A stretch of DNA of 64,000 nucleotides from an uncultured delta proteobacterium (GTDB lineage Bacteria; Desulfobacterota; Syntrophobacteria; BM002), in contig CAVQGX010000020.1 of the NCBI GenBank assembly GCA_963712115.1, positions 160,001 through 224,000 on the forward strand, written 5' to 3'. How positions within the stretch are numbered: the stretch's first letter is position 1; every line of letters begins with the position of its first letter. The position numbers and the translations under genes were made by a program. A model generated the notes under the pieces. That model was given only the letters and a program-made list of their open reading frames with translations, was not told the DNA's origin and did not search any database. Positions 10,372-22,172 of this stretch are shown here, piece by piece.

Positions 10372-11736
10372 ATGGAAGAGAAGCGAATTCTCGTAATAGA
10401 CGATGAAGAAAACATGCGCCACATGCTGGCTGTGCTCTTGGAGAAAGAGGGCTATCAGGTGGAAAGTGCTGCTAACGGTAAGGAGGGCCTCGGCCTTGCC
10501 TTGGAGAGTTTTTACGACATAATCCTCTGCGATCTGAAGATGCCGGTTATGGACGGAATGGCCTTTCTGCAAAACTTTCAAGATAGCGGCCAGGAATCTA
10601 CCGTAATTGTGATGTCCGCCTATGGAACCCTGGATACGGCAATCGAGGCCATGAAACTGGGGGCTTATGATTATGTGTCCAAGCCCTTCAAAGCCGATGA
10701 AATTCTTCTCACCTTGAGAAAGGCCGAGGAACGGGAGCTACTTCGGAAAGAGAACCGGCTGCTACAGCAGTCAATGCGGGATCGTTACAGCTTCGCCCAG
10801 ATGATTGGCCCCAGCCCGGGCATGCAGGAAATCTTTGCTACCATTGAAAAGGTGGCAGATTACAAAACCTCGGTGCTCATTACCGGAGAGAGTGGTACCG
10901 GCAAGGAGCTCATCGCCCGGGCCATTCATTACAACAGCTCGCGGGCTGACAAGCCTTTGGTTACGGTTAACTGTGGTGCCATTCCCGAAAATCTGCTGGA
11001 AAGTGAGCTTTTCGGCCACAAGAAGGGCGCCTTTACCGACGCAATCAGAGACAAGAAGGGTCTGTTTCAGGAAGCCCATGGGGGTTCAATTTTACTGGAT
11101 GAAATAGGAGAGTTGCCTCGCCAACTCCAAGTGAAGCTTCTCAGGGCACTGCAGGAAGAGGAAATCAAGCGGGTGGGGGATAACCAATCCATTAAAATAG
11201 ATATCCGGGTTATGGCGGCCACCACCAAAGACCTGGCAGAGGAGGTAAAGGGTGGTCGTTTTCGAGATGATCTCTATTATCGCATTAATGTTCTCCACAT
11301 AGCAGTACCGCCCCTCCGTGAACGTCAAGAGGACATCCCCTTGCTGATTCAGCACTTTATTGATAAAACGAGTAAGCGGCTTAACTCGGACGTGACCGGA
11401 GTCAGTCCTGCTGCCGGAAGAGCCCTGCAAGCCTATTCGTGGCCTGGAAACGTAAGGGAGTTGGAAAACATCATCGAACGGGCTATGGTGATGGCTAACG
11501 GTTCTACCATTGGGCGAGAGGATCTGCCCTCTTACTTGCAGCCCCAGGAAGAAACGGTGGAATACTTCACTGATGATGAAAACCTCTCCATAAAAGAGGC
11601 CAGTAGGAAATTGGAAAAAGTGCTCATTCGGAAGGCCCTGGAAAAAACGGCGGGCAACCGGACTCAAGCTGCAAAAATACTGGAAATCAGCCACCCGGCC
11701 CTACTATATAAGATGAAGGACTATGGGCTGGAGTGA
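10372..11736 (+). CDS. Sigma-54-dependent response regulator (NtrC/PilR/AtoC family)
   Basis: Receiver, GESGTGKE Walker A, ESELFGHKKGAFTDA, LLDEIGE, WPGNVRELEN, C-terminal Fis-type HTH. Confidence 0.95.
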   Translation: MEEKRILVIDDEENMRHMLAVLLEKEGYQVESAANGKEGLGLALESFYDIILCDLKMPVMDGMAFLQNFQDSGQESTVIVMSAYGTLDTAIEAMKLGAYDYVSKPFKADEILLTLRKAEERELLRKENRLLQQSMRDRYSFAQMIGPSPGMQEIFATIEKVADYKTSVLITGESGTGKELIARAIHYNSSRADKPLVTVNCGAIPENLLESELFGHKKGAFTDAIRDKKGLFQEAHGGSILLDEIGELPRQLQVKLLRALQEEEIKRVGDNQSIKIDIRVMAATTKDLAEEVKGGRFRDDLYYRINVLHIAVPPLRERQEDIPLLIQHFIDKTSKRLNSDVTGVSPAAGRALQAYSWPGNVRELENIIERAMVMANGSTIGREDLPSYLQPQEETVEYFTDDENLSIKEASRKLEKVLIRKALEKTAGNRTQAAKILEISHPALLYKMKDYGLE

Positions 11737-11798
11737 TATATCTCTGTAAGAGCAAGCTCTGCTTGCCAAAAAGAGGACTTAGAGTACTGGAGTAACTA

Positions 11799-11933
11799 AA
11801 AATTCCAAATAACAAATTACAAATTCCAAACAAATCACAATGACCAAAATTCAAAATTCCAAGCCTGTTTTGGTCATTTAGTATTGGAATTTGAGATTTG
11901 TTTGTAATTTGGTGCTTGAGATTTGTTATTTTG
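11799..11933. repeat. 7-nt-period inverted-repeat array
   Basis: aaattccaaataacaaattacaaattccaaacaaatcacaatgaccaaaa...ttttggtcattt...gatttgtttgtaatttggtgcttgagatttgttattt. Confidence 0.8.
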
Positions 11934-12025
11934 CAATGCATCATCACTCAATTAATTCAACATTATGAGAAAAAGGTCATTGAAGCCCCCCCGGGGTTGG
12001 CTAAGGGGCACCGAAGAGGTAAATA

Positions 12026-12954
12026 ATGTTCCGTAAAGTAATGACTATTCTTGATGGTAATGGGTATTTTCGCGTTGCAGTCAGCAGGCAGAATATGGGG
12101 ACGATAGGGCAACTTCCGAGTCTGTGGGCGACGGAGCTACCAGAATCAGGTCTGTGTGGATTGAACCGGCAAATCCAGCCAGCAATAATAATCTTACCGC
12201 TGAGGTGCTCGTCCGAGGCGAAACCGGATCTCGGCTGAACTACCAGTGGCTGAGAAACAACGTTCCCATACCTGGAGCCATTCGACAGATTCTTCCCAGC
12301 GAGCAATTTAGCAAGGGAGATTTTGTTTCGGTACAAGTCAGGGTTGCTCAGGCTGGAGGCGACAGAGACCCGGTGACCTCCGATGCGGTCCTCATCGGCA
12401 ACACTCCCCCTGTAGTTGCCTGGGTAGCCATCGGCCCTGCACCGCCCAGTTCCACCAGCAGTCTCGAGGCGGTGGCGAAAGGCAGTGACCTGGACAATGA
12501 TGAACTGAGTTTCTCTTACCAATGGACAGTTAATGGAGAGCCTGTGGTGGGCCCGGAAGGTCCATCCCTGGCCAGCAACTATTTCAAACGTGGCGATCAG
12601 GTAGAAGTAACAGCCGTGCCTTTTGACGGCACTGATTGGGGCCAACCTGGCAGCTCGATCAAGGTGACTATTAGCAACAGTCCCCCGATTATTAAATCCA
12701 CTCCTCCGGGAGAGTTAAGAGAAGGGACCACTTATCGCTACCAGGTTGAGGCAGAAGATGCTGATGGCGATACCCTGAGTTTCTCACTCCAGGGCGAGCC
12801 GCCAAAAGGTATGGTGATCGATGCAAAGACCGGAGTGGTGGAGTGGCAGGTAGTAATCCCCGAAGAGCCGGTAACCTATGTGTACGAAGTGGTGGTGGAA
12901 GACCCCGAAGGAGCCAAGAGTATCCAGAAGGTAACTTTGAAGAATGCTTCATGA
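12026..12954 (+). CDS. Probable lipoprotein with Ig-like/cadherin-like domains (indels in the signal-peptide region)
   Basis: Repeated YQW...GD.V.V.V...NxPP Ig modules and a C-terminal YQVEAEDADGDTLSFSL...GMVIDAKTGVVEW; upstream in-frame CSQQAEY preceded by a hydrophobic stretch in shifted frames. Confidence 0.7.
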
Positions 12955-13078
12955 TGTAGACTGCATGCGCAAAGAGCATAGAGTTAGGGGCAAAAGGCTT
13001 GAGGCTCAAGGCGCAAGGAGAAATGATTCCGCAGATTGCGGACTGCGTATATTGATTTAGCTAATCGAAGAAATGCTC

Positions 13079-13159
13079 GATGTGGGATGTGAGATCTGAG
13101 ATGTGGGATGGAAGATAGAGGTTAAGGATCCCACATCTCACATCGCATATCTCATATCC
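13079..13159. repeat. 7-nt-period GATGTGG/CACATC inverted-repeat array
   Basis: gatgtgggatgtgagatctgagatgtgggatg...atcccacatctcacatcgcatatctcatatc. Confidence 0.8.
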
Positions 13160-13199
13160 ATAATTTCTCCTGAAAGAAGAAGAATTAATAAGGTGTATA

Positions 13200-14240
13200 A
13201 TGATGACTTTCCGTAGTTCTCTGAAATGGCAGATCGTTCTTCTTGTTGGTCTCATAGGAGGCTTCTACTCAGGCTTTGCCCAGGCAGTTACCCCTGAAGC
13301 CAAGCCGGTTATGGAAATACCATCTCCCCGCCACGACGCCGGCACCCACTGGGAAGGAGAGGTAGTATCCCATGATTTTGAGGTGAGAAATTCCGGTAAT
13401 GGTGAGCTCAAGATTCTCAGCGTGAAACCCGGGTGAGGCTGCTCAGTGGTCCGCTACGATCGGACCATCCCGCCAGGTGGGGTGGGTCAGGTTACTCTTA
13501 CAGGTCAACACCAGTGGTTTCCAGGGCAGACTCACCAAGAATGCGCAGGTGACCACCAATGACCCCAGACAACGGAACAGCAAGATCTACCTTTCCATCG
13601 ATGTCCGCGCCCATATACTTGTGGAGCCGGGGCCCAAGATAATGCTCCAGGGCATTGTTGGCGACGACATTCAAAGTGTGGTCCATATCCGCTCTGCCGG
13701 GAACCAACCATTTGAGATCACCAGGATTGAGACCAATCTGCAATCAGTCATCGATTACAAACTGAATCGCAAGGATGATAGCAACCAGTACACCCTGGAG
13801 GTGGTCAGCAAGGCTGCCGACCAGAAAACCGCCAGTGGATTTCTGACCTTGCACACCAACCATCCCAAGAAGAAGTTAGTTAAGCTATCTGTCCACCTCC
13901 GGGTCAAACCGGAAATTCAGGTCTGGCCCAATAGGGTTGACTTCTATGAGGAATCCAAATCCGGGACCAAAGGGAAAACAAACAAGCGCACCCTCATCGT
14001 AATGAACAACCGGGGCAAGAGCTTTAGGATTAGAGAACTGAACTATAATAGGGACTATTTTCAGGTGCGTTCCTTGGCAAAGAATGACGACCCTGCCAGG
14101 AGATATCAATTTGAAGTAATACCGTTGGCAGATCAGCTGCCTGCGGAAGGTTAGAGTTTCAGGACACCTCGACCATCAGGACAGACAGCGCTAAAGCCGG
14201 GGAACTCAAAATACCGCTGAGTATTAGAATAAAACAATGA
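13200..14240 (+). CDS. Secreted DUF1573-like (Ig-fold) protein, probable selenoprotein (UGA at 13434-13436); indels near 13497 and 14147
   Basis: Signal peptide ...AQA, HDFEVRNSGNGELKILSVKPG-TGA-GCSVVRYDRTIPPGGVGQV, then KNAQVTTNDP: the DUF1573 pattern with U in place of the first C of CGC. Confidence 0.8.
13446..13468 (+). promoter_or_regulatory. Candidate bacterial SECIS element
   Basis: Perfect 7-bp stem TGGTCCG/CGGACCA with G-containing loop CTACGAT, starting at the 11th nucleotide after the in-frame TGA. Confidence 0.75.
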
Positions 14241-14366
14241 CGCATAGCGCAGAGCGAAAAAACAGAGGAGTCATAAGTCAGGAGTCAGAATCCAATAGGC
14301 AAAGAGCAAAGGGCATGGGGTTGAAATCTCCAAATTGTCCTTCCGACTCCCACCGTACATTCTGAA

Positions 14367-14458
14367 TGTCCTGCTTTCGCAGGAATGACGATTAAATAAC
14401 CGATTAGATCATTCTGGTCCCGCATCAAGTGCGGGATAAACTCCGGCGGGAATCCAGA
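14367..14458. repeat. GTCATTCC..GAAAGC..GGAATCCAG-type palindromic repeats with an inner hairpin
   Basis: tcctgctttcgcaggaatgac and tcattctgg[tcccgcatcaagtgcgggataaa]ctccggcgggaatccag. Confidence 0.6.
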
Positions 14459-14553
14459 CGAGATCATTTCAAGTCAATCTGCAATTTGAAATCTAAAATC
14501 TCAAATGTCCTCTGTGCCCTCTCCCCCTGACCAAAAATCCCCCCTTATAGACA

Positions 14554-14680
14554 ATTGAATATCGAACAGCAGAACAAGGAACCGTAGAATCATGAAGTGA
14601 TCACTTCGATATTCGATATTCCTTGTTCGATATTCTGCGGTTTAGAAGCCTGACGGGCAAGCGTAAAACCCGCCCCTACT
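14554..14680. repeat. Empty GAATATCGAACAAGG element plus adjacent GTAG-type REP
   Basis: gaatatcgaacagcagaacaaggaaccgtagaatcatgaagtgatcacttcgatattcgatattccttgttcgatattctgcggttt followed by gggcaagcgtaaaacccgcccctac. Confidence 0.85.
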
Positions 14681-14731
14681 ATTATAGATCCCCAATTTGC
14701 TCTCCTCAGCGGCAGAGGAAAAGAATGATCC

Positions 14732-14768
14732 AAAAAAAATCCCCCCTCGATCAGAGGGGGGATTTTTT
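14732..14768. terminator. Bidirectional rho-independent terminator after pilY1-1
   Basis: AAAAAAAATCCCCCCTC-GATCA-GAGGGGGGATTTTTT between convergent transcription units. Confidence 0.9.
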
Positions 14769-14796
14769 AATGGGTTATAGAGGAGAAAGTTAATGT

Positions 14797-17700
14797 TTAC
14801 TCTTCCATCCAGTAGGTCTTGCCGGACTTGACCGCACCCGGGTTTGCCTGCTCGATGACCAGGATCGCCCCGGTGCTGGTCTGGACAAAGGCCTTGGTGC
14901 CTTTTTCTCGCCCGGTGTGCATGGCCGGAGAAACGGCAAGTCCCTTACCCAGAGATTGCTTTCTCAATACATCCTTACTGGTGCCATCACCAGGATCAAG
15001 ATTCGCACCATAGCCGATGACCGAACTGCTGAAAGCGGTGCCGGTCTTGTAGTAGGTGGCGTAGAAATAACTGTCACCTTCATTCTGACAGGCGTTGGGG
15101 TCGGGAGCGTAGGTGGTGAAGGTCAAGATGTCTCCCAGCAGTGCGGCCTGGCCCAGATTTCTTTCCCTGATGGCTGAGAAGTGCAATTTCCAGCCGTTGG
15201 GAAAGATGTCAGTGGTCGGAGCCGGATCATTGTCACCAGGATATGGATCTTTCTCCATCTCTTCTTCCAGCGCCATAAAGGTACCCAAGGTGTTATTTTC
15301 CAAATCCTTTACGTCGGTGAAGACAGACCCGTTGTAGTTTTTGATGTTTCCACTCTCGAAAACCACGGTGTCGCTCACATCCATAAGATAAGCGGATGAG
15401 ACTTCCTCCCAGGTCATTTCATTTTCCAGATCGGTGGTGCCGTCGCCATCGGTGTCCTTATTTACATCCACCAGGTTATTTTCGTGGCCGACGGTGTCTT
15501 CCCAGGGTTCCTTGATGCCGTAGTAGGATTGCTGACTGGTGTCGGCCACGTCCGCATAATTGGCAAAGCGGCCGGTGCCGAAAAACACCCAGGTCCGTTT
15601 CTTCCAGTCCATGGCCACCGTGGGTGCGGTGCTTATCGGTTGACCGGTATCAATCAAGATGGAATCCGTATCCCAGGAACTTGGAGAAGTGGGAAGGATG
15701 GTATTCTCCGGGTCACTCAGGACGAGACGCCGCAGTTTGCCTCCCAAAAAACCGGTGGAAGAGAGGGAAACAGTGCCGAAATACATGGCGTCTGTGGCGT
15801 AATCCAGGTCCAGGTCCACGGTGATGAAATCCGATATCTGACTATTGTTGTCAAAGCCGGCACCGTCCTCAAAAGGTCCGGCAGGTGATCCACCCGTTAA
15901 GGCACTGCCGTTGGGGTCTACCAGGGATCCGCTGGCAACCAGGTGTTTCAGGTCAACCATATAGATCCTGGCCTGCTGACTGCTCAGCCCATGTTTCAGG
16001 TCTGAGATGGAGTTAATGGTATCCACCACAATTTTGGGGTCCGTATCCCAGTTATACGAGCCATTGTTGTTCTCGTCATGATATACTCTCTCGCCGTTTG
16101 CGAACCAACCCACAACATTGGTGACGGTGATCAACTTATTAACCGTATCCTTGGAGACAAACTCGGCCCTTGCTCCCGAGGTTTCACCGACCATCAGGTC
16201 TCCCACCGAGAAGGTCTTGGTGTCAGAGGAATACTTGAGCCGTGCCCCATTTGGGCCGGAGCCCAGCACCAGGTACCAGTCGTTGGGGTCGGAGCCGGTG
16301 TCCTTACTCTTTACCACTATGGCACCGGGGTAGCTGGTGGTAAAGCCCAGATCGTCGAAGGAGATCTCCGCCAACAGTTCAGGCGCAATCTCCGGGTTGG
16401 TTATATCCATGACCACGTAGGCGGACTTCATGATCTGATCACCACTTTCATAGATGCCGTCGTGGTCCTTGTCCGTTCTGATCTTGCCGCCACCAAAGCC
16501 CATGCCGCACACCAGAACAGTGCCCCAGCCTCCGGGGTGCGTTCCAGTGGGGCCGTCATCCGCGAAGATCTTGGCATCGAATACTTTCGGCTTGGAATCA
16601 ACGTAGAAGACGTGCTCGTAATTGGGTTTGCCGAACCAGTAGAGGTGGGGCAGCAGGTTAAAGGGTACGTAACCCCACAATTCCGCCCCCAGGTCATAGG
16701 CAGACTCAGAGCCGCCGTAACTCTGTTTACCAAATTCCCACCTACCATCCACAGGGTCGTAGTAGAAAAAGCCTCCATTGAAGGCGTGCAACATGCCGTC
16801 GTTTCCACCCGCGTAGATGACCTTGCGTCTATCCTTGTACTTGAGCCAGAAGTACCGGTAGGAGACGTCAGCATAGAGCAGGTCGTAGTTTTCCGCCGGC
16901 GTTCCCACCAGGGTGGCGGTTGAGCCGATGATGTCCCCGAGCCTGTAGGTGGCGTCCATCGAAGAATCGCCGTCGGAATCATATTTCCGGCTTCTCATGC
17001 TGGTCTGGTCCTTGCCGCGGATGTAATCAATCTGTTTCGTGGCCAGCGTGCCCACTTCAGATAAGGTAAGGGATTTGGTAAATGGCTCTGCCAAGTGGAG
17101 GTAAGGTTTGATGGCATCGAGGTTTTGAGCTGGAGAAGAGGAAAAGGCAATCTTCTCACCACTGTCGGCTACCATGTCGTTGTCCGCGTCAATGAAAGTG
17201 AACACGTACCTGGCTTTGTCCGTGGCGGTGTAGGCTTTATTTTGCAGAATCACAGCGTCACTCAGAAAGTTGAGCCATTTGCTGGCGGACCACAGATACT
17301 TAATGGTATCCAGGCTCTCTTCCGGAGGACTTTGCGCACTCTTTTCGCTCGCGGTTAGCTCACCGTTTCCATCGGTGTCAACGTACTTTTTCAGCACTCC
17401 GGGGTTGAAGGCATCGAATTCGATGACCTTGTCAGTGGCGTTATCCAGAGCCAGGTTGGCGTTGGTATCCTCTCTTAACTCCCCGTATCCGTCCACCAGG
17501 AGAGCGTGCACGTCACCCACCCAGGATACGTTTTTGTACTTGGGGTAGAAGATGGACTGATAGGTGGCGCCCTCGCCCGAGCGCGATGCTGAGAGAACCG
17601 AGGCTGAGGTGCCTGCGGTGGCCCGCTCCAGGATGGCGAGGAAAGCCCGGTTCAAATTCCTCTCCAGAAGCAAAGGATTTTGCACATAGAAGTAATTGTC

Positions 17701-20146
17701 CGGGGTGCCATCCTCGTTTTCGTCCCATTCAGCAGGCAGGTCCGGAACACCGTTGGAGTTGTGGTCCAGGAAGCTTCCCCATTTGGCCGCATACCACAGT
17801 GGGTTTTTCAGCAGTTCCGCCGTGCCGCTGGTACCCGGGGAAAAATATCTGAAGGCCGTCAACGGTAAAGCTGTATTATCATCCCAGGTTCCACCAGGAT
17901 CCTGTCCCGGCGGGGTGTCCAGGAAGTAGTCGACATCACCATTCTCACCGTCAGGTTCATCTATTGCATTGTCGGTATCAGCATCCCTCACCTCCAGATA
18001 GGTGCCATCCTTGGTTGTCCCCGAGATGATGTAGCCCATGTGCTGGATGATACACCCCGAGGCGTACACCCCACCGTCCACGGTGACCAGCACCTGGGTG
18101 CCCTCCTCCGGGGTGGCAGCCTCAGTGTAGTCCGCCTTGAGTACCTGATAGGTATACCTGGCTATGGCGTCCATGTCGTGGTCGGCGGCCTGCTCCACGT
18201 CCTCGAAGTTGATGCGGAACTGACCAGAGGTGGGGGTTATAGCTTTCCACGTAGAAGTCGACGATGGTGTTAGTGGGAGTGAAGGCGTTGTCAGGTTTAA
18301 TGTCGAGACAGCCCCCCACCGATTTGGCGAAGGGAACCAGGGTGATGGTCTTGAGCGGATTTCCCAGGCTGATTTCGATCTTCGGCAAAGGTGATGCCAA
18401 CCCCACGGTGTAGGTCAACACCTTCTGCTCGTTTGTTGCCGAGTTCAAATCCTCCTTATGGCCGTAATAGGCAACAGCAGCGGAATAGTAGCCCCCCTGC
18501 TTGGTGGGCTCCTCCGGGCAGAGACCGCGAACATCTTTCAGGGTGGAGAGGGACTTGGGTGCACAAGAGCTGTCGTAACTCCCACCCTTGTCGCCGATGT
18601 AGTAGTCGCCGGAGATATTTTCATAGGAGGAGATGTCATCCAGCTCCTTCTCGACGTTCAGTTTACTGCCTGAGGTTCCCAGGGTCACTTCCGGCCATTT
18701 GCTGCCGCCCTCGTCTTCGAAATTACTTCCAGGCAGCTGGTCAGCATCGTAGGAAGGGTTGATGTCGCTGATGACCAGCATGAAGGGCTGGCTGCACCAA
18801 CGATCGCTGGGCGAATAGGGGTCATCCCAGGTAGCCTTGGGAAGGCCCAGGCTGACGTCGTCTCCGGTGCTGTAGTCAAACGCGCTTGTGGCTGAACCGG
18901 CACCGGCAAAATACCTCAACCCCTCGTACATCATCTCCGCTGTGGGGTTGCCCCAATCGGGAAACTCCCCTGCGACCATGGCCCGAGTCGTTACCCAGGC
19001 GTCCGGCCAATGGGGCTTGTAGGACTCCTCGTCGTAGACGTAGTTGAAGATCCTTATCTTGTCTATGGTTTTGATGATGCCCTTGACGTTACTGTCATCC
19101 AGGTATTCGAACTCGCCGGTCTGCGAGTCGATTTCATCCGAAATCAAGCTAATGGTCTTGCGCAGGACACCTCCGGCGGTATTTTTGGCATAAGATCCGC
19201 TAATGAGGCCGAAGAGCATCTGCTCGGTCTCGCCATATCGTTGCAGCAAACCAATAGGTTTTTGAGGATCGGTGCTGACACCGAATTTGCCGTCGGTGCC
19301 GGGATAGATTTTACAGTTGCTCTCGAGCCCGGCTGTAAGATCACACACCAAGACCCTGACCGTATAGTCTGTCGGAGACACTGAAGTGCCACCCTCCAGC
19401 TCGTCGCCCGCAACTGGACTTTCCTTGGAGACCCATTGCCAGATCCGTTCGGACCTGTTTTGGAGCAGGCGCAATATGGGTGTGCCGTTATCGGAAAGGG
19501 TGGTGGAGGCGAACAGGTGCCTGGTGCCGGCACTGGGCAGGGCAAGAGGCGAATACTCGGTGATGTCGTAGCCGTCAGTGGCCACGTCCTTGTATTCCTT
19601 TCCCCAGCTGTGGGCATCCTGGGGAACGTAGGCTCTTTGTAATACCGTTTCAGTGGGCGTGTCGGTGGAGCGGTAGCCACCGTAGAGCACCTTGCGCATG
19701 GCGTCCATGCGGGTCATGGTGAGATAGTTCAGGAGATCTCCACTCCATTCACTACCCCCTGAACAGGCCTTGTCATTGGTCCCGGCAGCATTACTTACGC
19801 TGAGGGAGGTGGGCTCAAATCTGCTGTTTTGATAGGTGTAGCACTTGTAGCTGTCGAAGTAGCCGTAGTAGTCTATGTCGTCAGGCTTGTAGCCCACATC
19901 CAGGTCTCCGTCCCCGTCCAAATCAGAGGCGTCGTTATAGGCCTCGTAGTAGAGCTTGTGGTCACGGCCCAGGACGATCATCACCAGGGGGGGGGCGGCT
20001 GCGGTGAGAAAGGGCGGCGTCATGGTATAGTCGCTGTTGTCTTCGTTAGCGGCCGCCAGAACCATGTTGGGACCCAAAGGGTTGGCAAAAGCGCAGATTA
20101 ATCCTGCCAAAACGATAATTAAGGTGATTTTTCTGAACATTTTCAT
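14797..20146 (-). CDS. pilY1: PilY1/PilC-family type IV pilus tip adhesin 1 (about 1780 aa; extra base near 18241)
   Basis: ORFs 18122..20326 and 14797..18198 join at ESITPTSGQFRINFEDVEQ; LGDIIGS, YAGGNDGMLHAFN, ELWGYVP, FFGTGR, VQTSTG propeller motifs; ATG 20146 has an RBS and a signal peptide. Confidence 0.9.
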
Positions 20147-20201
20147 GCTCCTATGTATGGCTGCTGATCTCAAGCTCCCACACGGTAAGGGCCGGTTCAG
20201 G

Positions 20202-20843
20202 TTACAACACGTGTCTCCAGCCCAAGCGGATCCTGACTTCCGTGTCGCGAACATCACGACGCTCAGCCCGGACGTCGTAGGTGATCCAGGCGCCTCCGCC
20301 AGCAGCTCCTTTTCCTTTGCCTTCATAGCCGGCTATTAACTGCACCGCACTTCCGGTTGACAGTGTGGTGTTGCCAACAGCCTTGATATTTGTGTGTGGG
20401 TCACTGTTAATCACAGTTCTGGGATAGACAGCATCGCGGTTGATGTCCGACGGTATGCCGTCCATGGGTTCTCGATTCATGTATGGATTGGGGCTTTCGA
20501 GTCTCACGTTTCCTCTGGCCAGAGGATTACTGGGGGAAACGGCGGAGACCCCATCTTCACCAAAATCCCAATCTCTGTCTTCGATATTTTGCTCGATTAA
20601 TTCGCCACCCATTTCGGTAGCGCCATCGGCAGCATAAAATGCTTGCTTATATAATTTGTCATTTCCCGCTATCTGCAGCTCGAAGGTGGTCGTAGTTGTT
20701 GCTGAGATGCCTATGAGAGTTAGTACGACCAGCATTAACAGGGCGACGACCAGCGCACTTCCTCTTTGGTTATTGAGCGGTGAGTGGAAATGGATGCTGT
20801 ATCCTTCGCTATTATTGGTGAACTTCATGTTCAATATCTCCAT
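20202..20843 (-). CDS. pilX: PilX-like minor pilin 1
   Basis: NQRG|SALVVALLMLVVLTLIG, no Glu5, IAGNDKLYKQAFYAAD. Confidence 0.85.
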   Translation of the reverse strand: MEILNMKFTNNSEGYSIHFHSPLNNQRGSALVVALLMLVVLTLIGISATTTTTFELQIAGNDKLYKQAFYAADGATEMGGELIEQNIEDRDWDFGEDGVSAVSPSNPLARGNVRLESPNPYMNREPMDGIPSDINRDAVYPRTVINSDPHTNIKAVGNTTLSTGSAVQLIAGYEGKGKGAAGGGAWITYDVRAERRDVRDTEVRIRLGWRHVL

Positions 20844-20850
20844 TTAAAGA

Positions 20851-21387
20851 TTAAATGATGTTCGACTTCATAAAGTCTACGACAGCTCTTTTCTGCGTTC
20901 CTCTGTCAGTCCAGACAACAATTATCCGCACAGTTTTGACGTTGTTTAGCGGTTCGTCAACGGCGATGTTCCAGTAGAGGGTATATCTCCCATTTACCTC
21001 TGATTCGTCTGCTATTACGTTTCCACCGCCATCCACCGTGTCATCCAAACCAAAATTACCCCCGTCATTATCGAAGCCATCATCATCGGGGTCCTGGTTG
21101 GTCCCGTTGCTGGCTCCACCACCGTTATCATCCAGGGGATCGTCGTTATCGGCCGTGTCATCATAGGGAAGCCTCATCAATTGTTCCACTTTATCCTGGG
21201 CCAGGCTTATGGCCTCGGTGATGCCAATAGCCTGCGAATTTCCCTTGACTGAAGTGGCCTGCATGGTGGCGATGGCCAGAAGTCCGAAGGCCAAAATGGC
21301 TATAGCAGCGAGAACTTCCAGAAGGGTCAGTCCCCTGTTGCCCATTGATTCTATGGTGAAGCCTCGTTTTCTCTTGCCCTTGAACAT
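20851..21387 (-). CDS. pilV: PilV-like minor pilin 1
   Basis: RG|LTLLEVLAAIAILAFGLLAIATMQ prepilin motif. Confidence 0.85.
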   Translation of the reverse strand: MFKGKRKRGFTIESMGNRGLTLLEVLAAIAILAFGLLAIATMQATSVKGNSQAIGITEAISLAQDKVEQLMRLPYDDTADNDDPLDDNGGGASNGTNQDPDDDGFDNDGGNFGLDDTVDGGGNVIADESEVNGRYTLYWNIAVDEPLNNVKTVRIIVVWTDRGTQKRAVVDFMKSNII

Positions 21388-21390
21388 TAT

Positions 21391-22161
21391 TTAGGTCCCC
21401 ATGTTTCGACAGAGTATGGTGGTGCTCAGTAGCCGCCGTCTCCGGTTGTCGCTCTGAGCTGCTAATATCTCATCACCCTGTTGGTTGTCATATGCGGCCG
21501 TGCCGGGAAAGCTCCTATCAATATTACCCGTTCTCGCTACAACTGATATCTCAATTGACCTGATCGAGTCGATGTAAGGTAAATTTGTCGCTGCATATAG
21601 AGCAGTAGGGTTGGCAATGACGTTGAGAGTGATATCAGTGCCGCTGGGATCGAGATAGACGAAATCGAGTGCATCGATATTGTCGGCCACAGTGTGCCAG
21701 GTATCATCACTCACCCTGAACTTTTGCAGCGTATTGGTAGCGTTATCCAGCCGGTAGGCAATCTGTTCATCATTGTCTTCTAGGTCGATGGCCCCATTTG
21801 CATTCTCATCGATGGTGAAGGCAATGTTGGTTGAGTCGGTTGTGGTTTCCCCAACGCCGTCGTCTGGCAGCTGGGTAAGAAAACCCCCCACATTGGGCGA
21901 GCGTTGCGGGTTGAATCCCGCCATCCTCAAGTCCCTCGCTATCTGGTAAAGAGATGCCCGGAGGTTCTGCTGCATTTCTGCCACCTGTTCCTGGGCAACA
22001 TATGTGTCCTGCTGCGATTTGTAGGTCGAGTAGACGGCGGCCATGACAATTCCTACCATGGCCATGGCAACCAAAAGCTCTGTCAAGGTGAACCCCTGTT
22101 GTTTATTTTGTCGGTCTCTTGGGTGCTTTAGAATCATGGTCAACGTTCCTTCGCCTCGCAT
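21391..22161 (-). CDS. pilW: PilW-like minor pilin 1
   Basis: QG|FTLTELLVAMAM, MQQNLR, DLRMAGF, C-terminal CRNMG. Confidence 0.85.
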   Translation of the reverse strand: MRGEGTLTMILKHPRDRQNKQQGFTLTELLVAMAMVGIVMAAVYSTYKSQQDTYVAQEQVAEMQQNLRASLYQIARDLRMAGFNPQRSPNVGGFLTQLPDDGVGETTTDSTNIAFTIDENANGAIDLEDNDEQIAYRLDNATNTLQKFRVSDDTWHTVADNIDALDFVYLDPSGTDITLNVIANPTALYAATNLPYIDSIRSIEISVVARTGNIDRSFPGTAAYDNQQGDEILAAQSDNRRRRLLSTTILCRNMGT

Positions 22162-22172
22162 TTAACCCTTGC

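Noticed and set aside
11799-13159. CRISPR array
   Set aside because: Repeats have 7-8-nt periods without unique spacers; no cas genes.
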